64,000 nucleotides of DNA from Leucoraja erinacea (lineage: Eukaryota), in contig NC_073394.1 of the NCBI RefSeq assembly GCF_028641065.1, forward strand, positions 41,416,001 to 41,480,000, in the 5' to 3' direction. Below the pieces are notes generated by a model that did no database searches, was not told the DNA's origin, and saw only the letters and a program-made list of their open reading frames with translations. The position numbers and the translations under genes were made by a program. Shown here piece after piece: positions 48,501 through 55,725 of this stretch. Position 1 is the first letter of the stretch. Every line of letters starts with the position of its first letter.

Positions 48501-51500
48501 AACTTGCCCTTGTCAACCAAGGTGCCCCATCTAAACTAGTCCCACCTGCCCACGATTGGCCCATATCACTCTGAACCTATCCTATCCATGTTCCTGCCCA
48601 AGTGTTTAATACTCTGACTTTGTAAGTGGCAATTTGATTTGACTAATGTCAGGTATAATTAAAGGGAGACAAAAATGCTGGAGAAACTCAGTGGGTGAGG
48701 CAGGATCTATGGAGCAAAGGAATAGGCGACGTTTCGGGTTGAGACCCTTCTTTAGACTGATGTGGGCGGGGCAGTGTGGCGGGAAAAAAAGGAAGATGTG
48801 GAGACAGTAGGCAGTGGAAGAGCTGGAAGGGGAGGGGAAGGAGGGTGAAAGCAGGGACTGCCTGAAATTGGAGAAGTCAATGTTCATACCGCTGGGGTGT
48901 AAACTACCCAAGTAAAATATGAGGTGCTGTTCCTCCAATTCGCTCTGGACATGGAGGGGGCCCAGGACAGAAAAGTCGGATTCGGAATGGAAGGGGGAGT
49001 TGAAGTGCTGAGCCACCGGGAGATCAGGTTGGTTATTGCGAACTGTGTGGAGGTGTTGGGCGAAGCGATCGACAAGCCTGCGCTTGGTCTCACCGATATA
49101 GAGTAGTTGACACCTGGAACAGCGGATGCAATAGAATAGGGTGGAGAAAGTGCAGGTGAACCTCTGCCTCACGTGGGAAAGACTGCTTGGGTCCTTGGAT
49201 GGAGTCGAGGGGGGGGGGAGGTTAAAGCGACAAGGGAAAGTACCAGAGGAAGGGGGCGATTTGGGTAGGGAGGGACGAATTGACCAGGGAATTGGTTCAG
49301 ACAGTCCTTGCTTTTGCCCTCCTTCCCCTCCCCTTCAAAGCTGTCCCACAGCCTACTCTCACTGCCTCTTCCTTTCTTTTTCCCGCCCCACATCAATGTG
49401 AAGAAGGGTCTCGACCCAAAACATTTCCTATTTCCTTCGCTCCATAAATGCTGCCTCACCCGCTGAGTTTCTCCATCATTTTTATCTACCTTTGTTTATT
49501 CCAGCATCTGCAGTTCCTTCTTGAACATCAGGTTTAATTAAGCTCTTTTTTATTCTGCAGATTATGGCAAAAACGAAAATGATTTAAATGAAAAAGTCGA
49601 TGAAGGTAAAAGTCTTGATTTCCAATAGTTACTATATTTTGAATGTTTGCTTCAAATAGAAATTTAGATCATTACACATGATCCAAATGTTTTCAAAACA
49701 CAAAGTGCTGGAGGAACTCGGTGGCTCAGGCAGAATCTGGAAGGAATGTTTAGTTTAGAGATAGAGCTCATAAACAGGCCCGTCGGCCAACCGAGTCCGC
49801 ACCGACCAACGATCACCACACACTAACAATATCCAATACTGTAGGGACAATTTATAATTTTTACCGATGCCAATTAACCTCCAAATCTGCACATGTTTAG
49901 AGTGGGGGAGGTATCCGGAGAAACCCCACGTGCTCATGGGGAATGTCCAAACTCCACACAGACAGCACCTGTGGTCAGGATGGAACCCGGGTCTCTGGTG
50001 CTGTGAGGCAGCAACTCTACCGCTGCGCCACTGTGCCGCCCGTGATCTCTTCAAACATTACACTAGATTTATTTGATTATTTCTTTCACAACAAAGTTTC
50101 ATGTTGAATAATGTAGTTATATTTGTTACTGATGTTGTCAATAGATGAGTTTGGATGTTCAGTTGTTTCAAATTTGCTTGGGTGTCATAGATCACGGGAA
50201 AAGGCCCTTTGGCCCAACTTGCCCTTGTCAACCAAGGCGCCCCATCTAAACTAGTCCCACCTGCCCGATTGGCCCATATCCCCCTAAACCTATCCTATCC
50301 ATGTTCCTGCCCAAGTGTTTAATACTCTGACTTTGTAAGTGCCAATTTGATTTGACTAATGTCAGGTTTAATTAAACTCTTTTATTCTTCAGATAATGGT
50401 AAAGTAGAAAATGATGTCAGTGAAGAAGTCAATAAAGGTAAAAGTCTACATTTCCAATAGTTACTGTATTTTGAATGTTTGCTTCAAATAGAAATTTAGA
50501 TCATTACACATGACCCACATGTTTCCAAAACACAAAGTGCTGGAGGAACTCGGTGGGTCAGGCTGCATCTGCAGGGAATGTTTAGTTTAAAGATAGAGCT
50601 CAGAAACAGGCACTTTAGCCCACTGAGTCCGCACCGACAAACAATCACACATACTAACACTATCCAATACTCCAGGGACAAATTATAATTTTTACCAATG
50701 CCAATTAACCTCCAAACCTGCACGTCTTTGGAGTGTCGGAGGAAACTGGAGAAACCCCACGCAGTCACAGGGAGAACGTACAAACTCCGTACAGACAACA
50801 CTCATAGTTAGGATCCAACTAGGATCTCTGGCACTGTACAGCAGCACCTCTACCGCTGCGTCACTGTGCCGCCCGAATAGATAGACGCGCTTTGGGTTGG
50901 GAACCTTCTTCAACCTCAGAGTCTAACGAAGGTCAGACGGATTGTAGGGAGGAGGAAAATGCTGTAAAAGAGGAGTGGCAGGAGAAAGCCTGGCAGGTAG
51001 TAGGCTGTCACAGGTGAGGGTGCTTTTTGATAAGCAGAAGGTGGAGATAAAAACAATCCTTTTGTGTTACACCTTCTGTATCAGCCCATTACCTGCCAGG
51101 CTTTGAACTGCCCCTCCTCTCATCCAGCATTCCTCTCCCCCTACAATCAGTGAAGAAGGGTCCCGTACCAAAACATCACCTATCCATAATCCCCTCGATG
51201 CTATCAGACCCGCTGACATACTCCTGCACTCTGTCTTTTTTTTGGTACGCGAGTGTCTGATTCACCATGTTCATAAGTATCTAGAAAGGGGAAAGTTAGT
51301 CCAGGGGAGTCTCTTTGTAGTGGATATAATATTTTTATGCATTTTCATTAGTGAAGCTTGAAGGTTTGAAGCTAACGTAGTTATTTTAGAAATACAGTGT
51401 GGAAACAGACCTTTCAGCACATTAAGTCTACGCTGACCAGTAATCACCCGTACACTAGTTCTATACGTTACTCGAGGGACAATTTACATGAAAGCAATTA

Positions 51501-54500
51501 ACCTACAAACGTGCACATATTTGGAGTGCAGGACAAGCTGCACGTGGACAAGCTGACAAGTGGACAAGCTTTGCCCTTTGAGAATAGGGAAGATTCAAAC
51601 AAGAGGACATGACTTCAGAATTAAGGGACAGAAGTTTAGGGGTAATATGAGGGGGAACTTCTTTACGCAGAGAGTGGTGGCGGTGTGGAATGAGCTCCCA
51701 GGTTCATTGGTATCATTTAAAAATAGTCATATGGATCGAAGGGAATGGAGGGTTATGGTCTCAGGGCGCATGGACTTGTAGGGCAGAGATGGCCTTTTCG
51801 TGCTGTAATTGTTATATGGTTATATTTTTTCCCTGTTGCCACGTGGTCACAGGGAGGAACTCCATCCAGACAGCACCCAACCTTGAACCCAGTCTTTTTA
51901 GGGCTTGCTTAAATTCCCTGTTTGCCAGGTGGTCATTTAAGAGCGTTTGGTTGCCAATGCGTGCGATAATGTGCTCGGACGAAGTGCGTAGTTAACAGTC
52001 AGAATTATGCTCAATGAAGCATTCACATATTATGTTCAAGAAGGAACTGCAGATGCTGGAAAATGGAAGGTAGACAAAAGTGCTGGAGAAACTCAGCATC
52101 TATGGAGCGAAGGAAATAGGCAACGTTTCAGGGTTTCAACGTTGCCCATTTCCTTCGCTCCATAGATGCTGCTGCATCCGCTGAGTTTCTCCAGCACTTT
52201 TGTCTACATTCACATATTATTTCTGCTTTAAATAACTCACAAACTAAACATATTCACCAATCAAGACATGATAATCCCACAATGACATGCAGCAAAATTA
52301 TAATACAATACCTCAACTCTTTTTACACATTGCAATTAATACAATTTCTATTAGTTCTTTCCACTTCCAAACAAAAATGTGGTCGGATTATTCAGCATAT
52401 GATCAACCTATGTCAATAAATCCTGGACCATGGTAACATATATGCTTAACCATGTACACTACAGGTTGATGCAAGCATGTTTTCTGTGAAGGACTGAAAA
52501 TGACCATAACATGGCCATAGCATGGGTCGTTATTGCTATTGGTACAGAAACACTCTCGCTTCCCACATAATTTATCCACAACAAAATATACAGGTTGCAA
52601 GGAAATTTATAAAGGCATTTTATGATAATAGCTGTTAAAACCGACTATACCCATCTGACAGGTTAAACATTACACTAACTTACAAGAGATGGCCAAAGGA
52701 CATAACTGCAGCAAATGGCGGGCGGGGGGGGGGGGGTGGTTGAGAAGGCAATCGATGCGGAATGGATGGATTGAGGCAGGTAAATTAGTATGTGTTGGTT
52801 GGAGTAGGGAAAATTGTGGGGGAGAGATGTCAGTGGTGTTGAATGGGGGGTTCAGTACAGGATGAATGGGGGGGTTCAGTACAGGATGAATGGGAGGATC
52901 AGTACAGGATGAATGGGGAGTCAGTCAGTGACAGGATGAATGGGTGATCAGTACAGGATGAATGGTGGATCAGTACAGGATGAATGGGGGGCTCAGTACA
53001 GGATGAATGGGTGATCAATTAAAGATGGATGGGGAGATCACTACAGGATGGATGGGGAGGGATTGGTGCAGGGTAAATGGGTGAGTCAGTACGGGATGAA
53101 TGGGCGGATCAGTGCAGTATGAATGGGGGGAGAAGTGCAGGTTGGATGGGAAGGGGGGGTCAGTACAGGATGAATTGGGGGACCAGTGTAGGATGGATGG
53201 GGGGGGTGCCAGGAGAATCAATGTGAGGTGGGTAGGGTGATGAATAGTTTGGGGGGGTGGGGTAGATGGGGAGGGGAGGACATGGGATGTCAGTGAGGAC
53301 TGAATAGAGGAGGAGGGAATGGGGATCAGTGCGGGATGGAGAGGAGGGGTCCCAGGATAAGAGGGTGGAGGGGGTCGTACAAGAGAGAGAGGGGGGAGGG
53401 GGCAGAGGAGGTGGGGAGGAAGGAAGATCAGCGCTCCTCGGACAACATCGCCCCGCTGCCTTGGCCGTCCCTGTCCATCGCCAAAGTGCCGCTGATCCCC
53501 TCCTCCACCAGCGGACTGGAAGGTGCGGGGCTGAGCGGTGCAGCTCAAAGATCCTATAGCTATAGGATCTTTGGTGCAGTTGCTTCAGACGGCGGATGGA
53601 GGCCTCCGCCTCCGCCTCCCCCTCCCGGCCTTGGCGTGAGAGAGGGGTTGTTTTGAAAAGGGCCGTTGGCGGATTTGCAGGCAGCCGTCGTTATCAGGAC
53701 GATAGCGGCTGGCTGCTTACAAATCCACCAAAGGCCCTTTACAAAACAACCCCTCTCTCACGCTGAGGCCGGGAGGAGGGAGGGAGGAGGGAGGTTCCTT
53801 CCACTGGGTGGGGTGCGGGAGGATGAGGCGATGGAGCCGCTATCGCCGCTGTTCGGGGCCCGTCATTCGCTTCGACTCTTCGCCACCACGCACCCAGTAT
53901 CTTTGCCCCACAATCAAAGATACTAGAGGAATACAGCCGCCGCCGCCGACACAAAACGTCACGTTTCTATTCTCCAGAGATGCTGCCTGACCCGCGGAGT
54001 TACTCCAGTTTTTGCGTCTATCGGTATAAACCAGTATTTGGGGGCCAAGCCGGGCAAAATGAGTCGGCATTTAGGTTGCCCGGCGGCACTTGGAGTGGTC
54101 AATGGCACCCGGGCAACCGTTAATTTCGAGCCCTGTGTAAGGTAGCAACTCTACCGCTGTGCCAGTGTTGTCCTGAAACTGCTATTTGAAGGATTTTGAT
54201 GAATCTTTTGAAGATTATATGTTATTCTATGTGCATGATTTTCCATATCCACCCAAATGCAACTATTTAGATGGAAAAAAATCGGTTTAGGTTTATTGTT
54301 GTCATATGTACCAAGGTATAGTATTAAGCTTTATTTTGCCTGCTATCCAAACAGATAAAAAAAAAACATACATATATACAATCAGTTGAAACAGAAATAA
54401 AACAGATAGAGTAAAGGGGAAGATACAGAGTGCAGGATATAGTTCTCAGCATTGTGGCGCATCAGTTACAGAGACAAAGTCCAATGTCCATGATAGGGTA

Positions 54501-55586
54501 GAGGTGAATCCTAGCTTATGGAAGGACTGTTCGGAAACCTGATAACAGAGGGGAAGAAGCTGCTCCCGAGTCTGGTGGTGTGTCCTTTCAAGCTTCTGTA
54601 CCTTCTCCATGACAGAAGCAGGGAGAGAAAGGAATTACCGGGGCGGGACATGTCTTTGCTTATGTTGGCTTCTTTCCCGAGACAGTGTGAAGTGTGGATG
54701 GAGTTGATAGTCTGTGTGATGGACTGGACCACATTTCCATCTCTCTGCAATATTGTGTGGTCTTGAGCAGAGCAGTTCCCAAAACAAGCTGTGATGTAAA
54801 CGATGAGTATGTTTTCTACAGTGCATCTGCAGAAGTCTGCAAGGTGACATACCGAATTTCCTCAGTCTCCTCAGGAAGTCGAGGTGTTGCTGCTGTGCCT
54901 TCTAGACTGTAACATCAATGTGGTTGGTCCACGACAGGTCATTGGGTATATTAGCGACAATAGTCATTTACTTTAAACATTGGAATTGGTGAATCTTTGG
55001 AATTTATTGCCACAGACGGCTGTGGAGGCTAAGTCATTGGGTATTTTTAAAGCTTTGTAAGGGTATCAAAAGGTTACGGGGAGAAGGCAGGAGAATGGGA
55101 TTGAGAGAGAAAAATAGATCAGCCATGATTGGATCTTGGAGTAGACTCAATGGGCTGAATGGCCTAATTCTGCTCCTGTGTGTTATGGTCTTATGTTTGG
55201 ATTAAAATAAGTTGATTATGTCTCAATAACCAGTGACTGTCATTATGGGTTTCACATTATTTATTATAAATGATATTCCAACAGAAAAGTTGAAGGTGGT
55301 CTCAAAGATAACATGCCGTCCAGAGAAACCTAAGGCTGGGCACCCGGTAATGCTGTCCAGTGAAGTTCGAGACGCAAGTGCAGATCAAGCCCATATCATC
55401 TGGTACAAAGATACTTACCCTTTTGATGAACATCGGTATGTTACAAACACGCCATTTGAAAATGAATATGGTTTCACTACGACTTTAACTTACACACCAA
55501 AGGAAGCAGATGGCAATCATATCCAAGTTTTCATTGATGTTAACATGGAAGAACATGTGAGAGATTTCGCCTTGATATTAAGTTGA
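2021..55586 (+). CDS. NCR3LG1: Spliced gene: B7-H6 (NCR3LG1)-like type I membrane protein with IgV+IgC1 ectodomain, TM, a cytoplasmic array of C1-type Ig domains and acidic repeat micro-exons (about 1086 aa)
   Basis: Exons 2021-2162, 7004-7339, 9220-9540, 13219-13332, 18085-18528, 21822-22199, 23240-23548, 28362-28694, 29620-29931, six 45-nt exons (35054, 44789, 46510, 47846, 49561, 50393) and 55285-55586 have canonical GT/AG splice sites, are all phase 1 and join in one open frame (3261 nt including stop). Ectodomain motifs match human B7-H6 as I recall it. Confidence 0.85.
3049..4026 (-). mobile_element. CR1-clade LINE 3' fragment
   Basis: RT motif [19 protein letters not shown]1 C-terminal RPHLEY-like region and (TTTCTATG)n tail. 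Confidence 0.9.
4352..4645 (-). mobile_element. tRNA-derived SINE (V-SINE/HE1 type). Further copies at about 5120-5392, 29320-29570, 30040-30308, 30497-30780(+), 44985-45270, 48045-48327, 49755-50042, 50580-50875, 57535-57845, 59040-59315
   Basis: Head GGGCAGCACGGTGGC..(A box)..GGGTTC..CC (B box), central GTACGTTCTCCCCGTGACC..CTCCCACACTCCAAAGAC domain and (TAAAC)n tail. Confidence 0.8.
5952..5979 (-). ncRNA. Minimal hammerhead ribozyme core (short Penelope-derived element)
   Basis: Reverse complement reads CTGAAGAAGGGTCTCGACCCGAAACGTT. Confidence 0.55.
6010..6890 (+). mobile_element. Penelope-like element 3' fragment (GIY-YIG endonuclease plus pLTR)
   Basis: Encodes [40 protein letters not shown]; 3' repeat carries a hammerhead core. 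Confidence 0.88.
6762..6789 (+). ncRNA. Minimal hammerhead ribozyme core in a Penelope pLTR
   Basis: CTGAAGA-AGGG-TTTCGG-CCC-GAAA-CGTT: CUGANGA, stem II, GAAA and a palindromic AACGTT stem III. Confidence 0.6.
7004..7339 (+). CDS. NCR3LG1: Exon 2: extracellular IgV domain (B7-H6 type)
   Basis: Acceptor tttccatttag, donor G|[37 protein letters not shown] retains both Cys and the Trp and resembles human B7-H6 GDASLRL..YRCEVVVTPLKAQ (recalled). Confidence 0.92.
7391..8862. mobile_element. Penelope-like element with inverted structure (minus-strand 7391-8390 joined to plus-strand 8395-8862)
   Basis: GIY-YIG region on the minus strand, then the same 3' segment on the plus strand. Flanked by the direct repeat CTGTTATTACTGG (7376-7388, 8863-8875). 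Confidence 0.85.
7455..7482 (-). ncRNA. Minimal hammerhead ribozyme core in a Penelope pLTR
   Basis: Reverse complement reads CTGAAGAAGGGTTTTAGCCCGAAACGTT. Confidence 0.55.
9220..9540 (+). CDS. NCR3LG1: Exon 3: extracellular IgC1 domain
   Basis: Acceptor ttaatacag, donor G|GTATGT. C1-set motifs [27 protein letters not shown] resemble human B7-H6 CESSGFYPEAINITWEK..TFNVTS..YQCVVRH (recalled). Confidence 0.92.
10170..10900 (+). mobile_element. Penelope-like 3' fragment
   Basis: ORF 10358-10552 [30 protein letters not shown]. Confidence 0.88.
13219..13332 (+). CDS. NCR3LG1: Exon 4: connecting peptide, transmembrane helix and basic stop-transfer ([38 protein letters not shown])
   Basis: Not in the ORF track. 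Acceptor ttttacattccag, donor CAG|GTAATT, 114 nt phase 1-1, about 25 hydrophobic residues followed by KYK. Confidence 0.9.
13375..13590 (+). mobile_element. Tc1-like DNA transposon terminal inverted repeat (IR/DR type), right end only
   Basis: About 210 bp with the direct repeat TGAATACTTT(T/G)GCA at both ends, ending in CACTG followed by TA. Confidence 0.7.
13593..15373 (+). mobile_element. CR1 LINE, 5'-truncated, degenerate RT
   Basis: KSPGPD-like, [37 protein letters not shown]. Confidence 0.92.
15425..17905 (+). mobile_element. Penelope-like element (RT plus GIY-YIG), frameshifted, interrupted by a CR1 insertion
   Basis: [37 protein letters not shown] and the GIY-YIG region. Confidence 0.88.
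16656..17236 (-). mobile_element. CR1 3' fragment nested in the Penelope element
   Basis: [27 protein letters not shown] on the minus strand. Penelope sequence resumes after it. Confidence 0.9.
18085..18528 (+). CDS. NCR3LG1: Exon 5: first post-TM degenerate IgC1 domain (both canonical Cys lost, long internal insertion)
   Basis: Acceptor tttgttttgactag, donor G|[43 protein letters not shown]. Confidence 0.8.
19651..21600 (-). mobile_element. CR1 LINE, 5'-truncated
   Basis: ORFs 21031-21450, 20544-20867 and 19877-20611 carry CR1 RT motifs; same subfamily as 13593-15373. Confidence 0.92.
21822..22199 (+). CDS. NCR3LG1: Exon 6: post-TM IgC1 domain (both Cys retained)
   Basis: Long pyrimidine tract with AAG acceptor, donor CAG|[30 protein letters not shown]. 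Confidence 0.88.
23240..23548 (+). CDS. NCR3LG1: Exon 7: post-TM IgC1 domain (both Cys retained); alternative in-phase donor after 23539
   Basis: Acceptor ttttttatttcag. [27 protein letters not shown]. Donors G|GTGAAA (23539) or G|GTAGGT (23548). Confidence 0.88.
24515..26060. repeat. GT-rich simple/satellite repeat with two assembly gaps (N runs 24684-25618 and 25633-26060)
   Basis: (GT)n with GGGGCT interruptions next to N runs. Confidence 0.9.
26161..26867. mobile_element. PIF/Harbinger-type MITE
   Basis: Imperfect TIRs AGGGGCCGTCCCACTGCGGC.. / ..GCCACAGTGGGACTACCCCT, TAA on both sides, no ORF. Confidence 0.75.
26945..28205 (-). mobile_element. CR1 LINE fragments (second subfamily, partially duplicated)
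   Basis: [17 protein letters not shown] appears twice on the minus strand. Confidence 0.85.
28362..28694 (+). CDS. NCR3LG1: Exon 8: post-TM IgC1 domain (F-strand Cys replaced by Met)
   Basis: Acceptor catttctccag, donor G|[30 protein letters not shown]. Confidence 0.87.
29620..29931 (+). CDS. NCR3LG1: Exon 9: post-TM IgC1 domain (F-strand Cys replaced by Phe)
   Basis: Acceptor tttcaacag, donor CAG|[35 protein letters not shown]. Confidence 0.87.
30776..32835 (-). mobile_element. Internally deleted Gypsy LTR retrotransposon (integrase only)
   Basis: 5' LTR 32657-32835 (TG...CA), PBS TGGTATCAGAAGTGGG 32641-32656, integrase [41 protein letters not shown] about 30935-30953, 3' LTR about 30776-30934. 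Confidence 0.88.
31961..32395. mobile_element. PIF/Harbinger-type MITE nested in the Gypsy integrase
   Basis: TIR AGGGCCTG(C/T)CCCACT at both ends with TAA duplication; splits the integrase coding sequence. Confidence 0.8.
32840..33157 (+). pseudogene. Decayed Ig-domain pseudo-exon of the same gene
   Basis: [31 protein letters not shown] is Ig-like and the donor G|GTGAAT is intact. The expected acceptor reads tcAA instead of tcAG, an LTR ends 4 nt upstream of the exon, and the F-strand motif IKYQVLH is in a shifted frame. Confidence 0.65.
35054..35098 (+). CDS. NCR3LG1: Micro-exon copy 1 ([15 protein letters not shown])
   Basis: ttttttattctgcag | 45 nt | gtaaaa, phase 1-1, no stop codon. 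Confidence 0.75.
35575..37612 (+). mobile_element. Young 5'-truncated CR1 LINE with an uninterrupted 638-aa RT ORF (35615-37531)
   Basis: [29 protein letters not shown], (ATATGGTT)n tail and apparent AAAGGA duplication. Confidence 0.95.
38285..38932 (-). mobile_element. Rex1/Babar-type LINE 3' fragment nested in the DIRS element
   Basis: [47 protein letters not shown]. Confidence 0.8.
39678..40145 (-). mobile_element. CR1 3' fragment nested in the DIRS element
   Basis: Nearly identical to the 3' end of the 35575-37612 element. Confidence 0.9.
44789..44833 (+). CDS. NCR3LG1: Micro-exon copy 2 ([15 protein letters not shown])
   Basis: Same splice signals as copy 1, 45 nt. Confidence 0.72.
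46510..46554 (+). CDS. NCR3LG1: Micro-exon copy 3 ([15 protein letters not shown])
   Basis: Same splice signals, 45 nt. Confidence 0.72.
47846..47890 (+). CDS. NCR3LG1: Micro-exon copy 4 ([15 protein letters not shown])
   Basis: Same splice signals, 45 nt, identical to copy 2. Confidence 0.7.
49561..49605 (+). CDS. NCR3LG1: Micro-exon copy 5 ([15 protein letters not shown])
   Basis: Same splice signals, 45 nt, identical to copy 3. Confidence 0.7.
50393..50437 (+). CDS. NCR3LG1: Micro-exon copy 6, divergent and Tyr-less ([15 protein letters not shown])
   Basis: Branch-point-like gactaat, then tttattcttcag | 45 nt | gtaaaa. Confidence 0.72.
52850..53195. repeat. Degenerate minisatellite (CAGTACAGGATGAATGGG.., about 22-24-bp unit)
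   Basis: More than 10 tandem copies. Confidence 0.85.
53546..53573. mobile_element. 28-bp perfect palindrome with 8-bp flanking direct repeat (TIR-only hAT-like remnant)
   Basis: CAAAGATCCTATAG|CTATAGGATCTTTG between GTGCAGCT and GTGCAGTT. Confidence 0.5.
54510..54945 (-). mobile_element. Degenerate Rex1/Babar-type LINE 3' fragment
   Basis: [23 protein letters not shown] motif. Confidence 0.65.
55285..55586 (+). CDS. NCR3LG1: Terminal exon: Ig-like domain lacking both canonical Cys, ending at TGA
   Basis: Acceptor attccaacag in phase 1. [36 protein letters not shown] parallels exon 8 ([29 protein letters not shown]). Confidence 0.78.
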
Positions 55587-55673
55587 ATAAGCGAGTTCGG
55601 TATTCCAAAAAAACGCAAGGAATCATGGGATTTGTCATTTGCCATAAAGAAAAAGCGAACAAAGCACCAGCTG

Positions 55674-55725
55674 AATAAACAGTATAAATTCTTATATTTA
55701 TTCATGATTTATGTGTAAAAATAAA
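55674..55725 (+). promoter_or_regulatory. Candidate polyadenylation signals
   Basis: AATAAA at 55674-55679 and 55720-55725 in AT-rich sequence after the stop codon, with ATTTA motifs between them. Confidence 0.45.

Larger units (their letters stand above)
33930..50875 (+). repeat. Tandem array of micro-exon-containing units (exon + SINE + intron + inverted Penelope insert), mostly 0.8-1.7 kb each; the first unit is expanded by CR1 and DIRS insertions
   Basis: Near-identical intronic flanks around all six micro-exons. Confidence 0.9.

Noticed and set aside
44750-50440. CRISPR-like repeat array
   Set aside because: The units are kilobase-scale duplications in eukaryotic DNA with splice signals; there are no unique spacers or cas genes.
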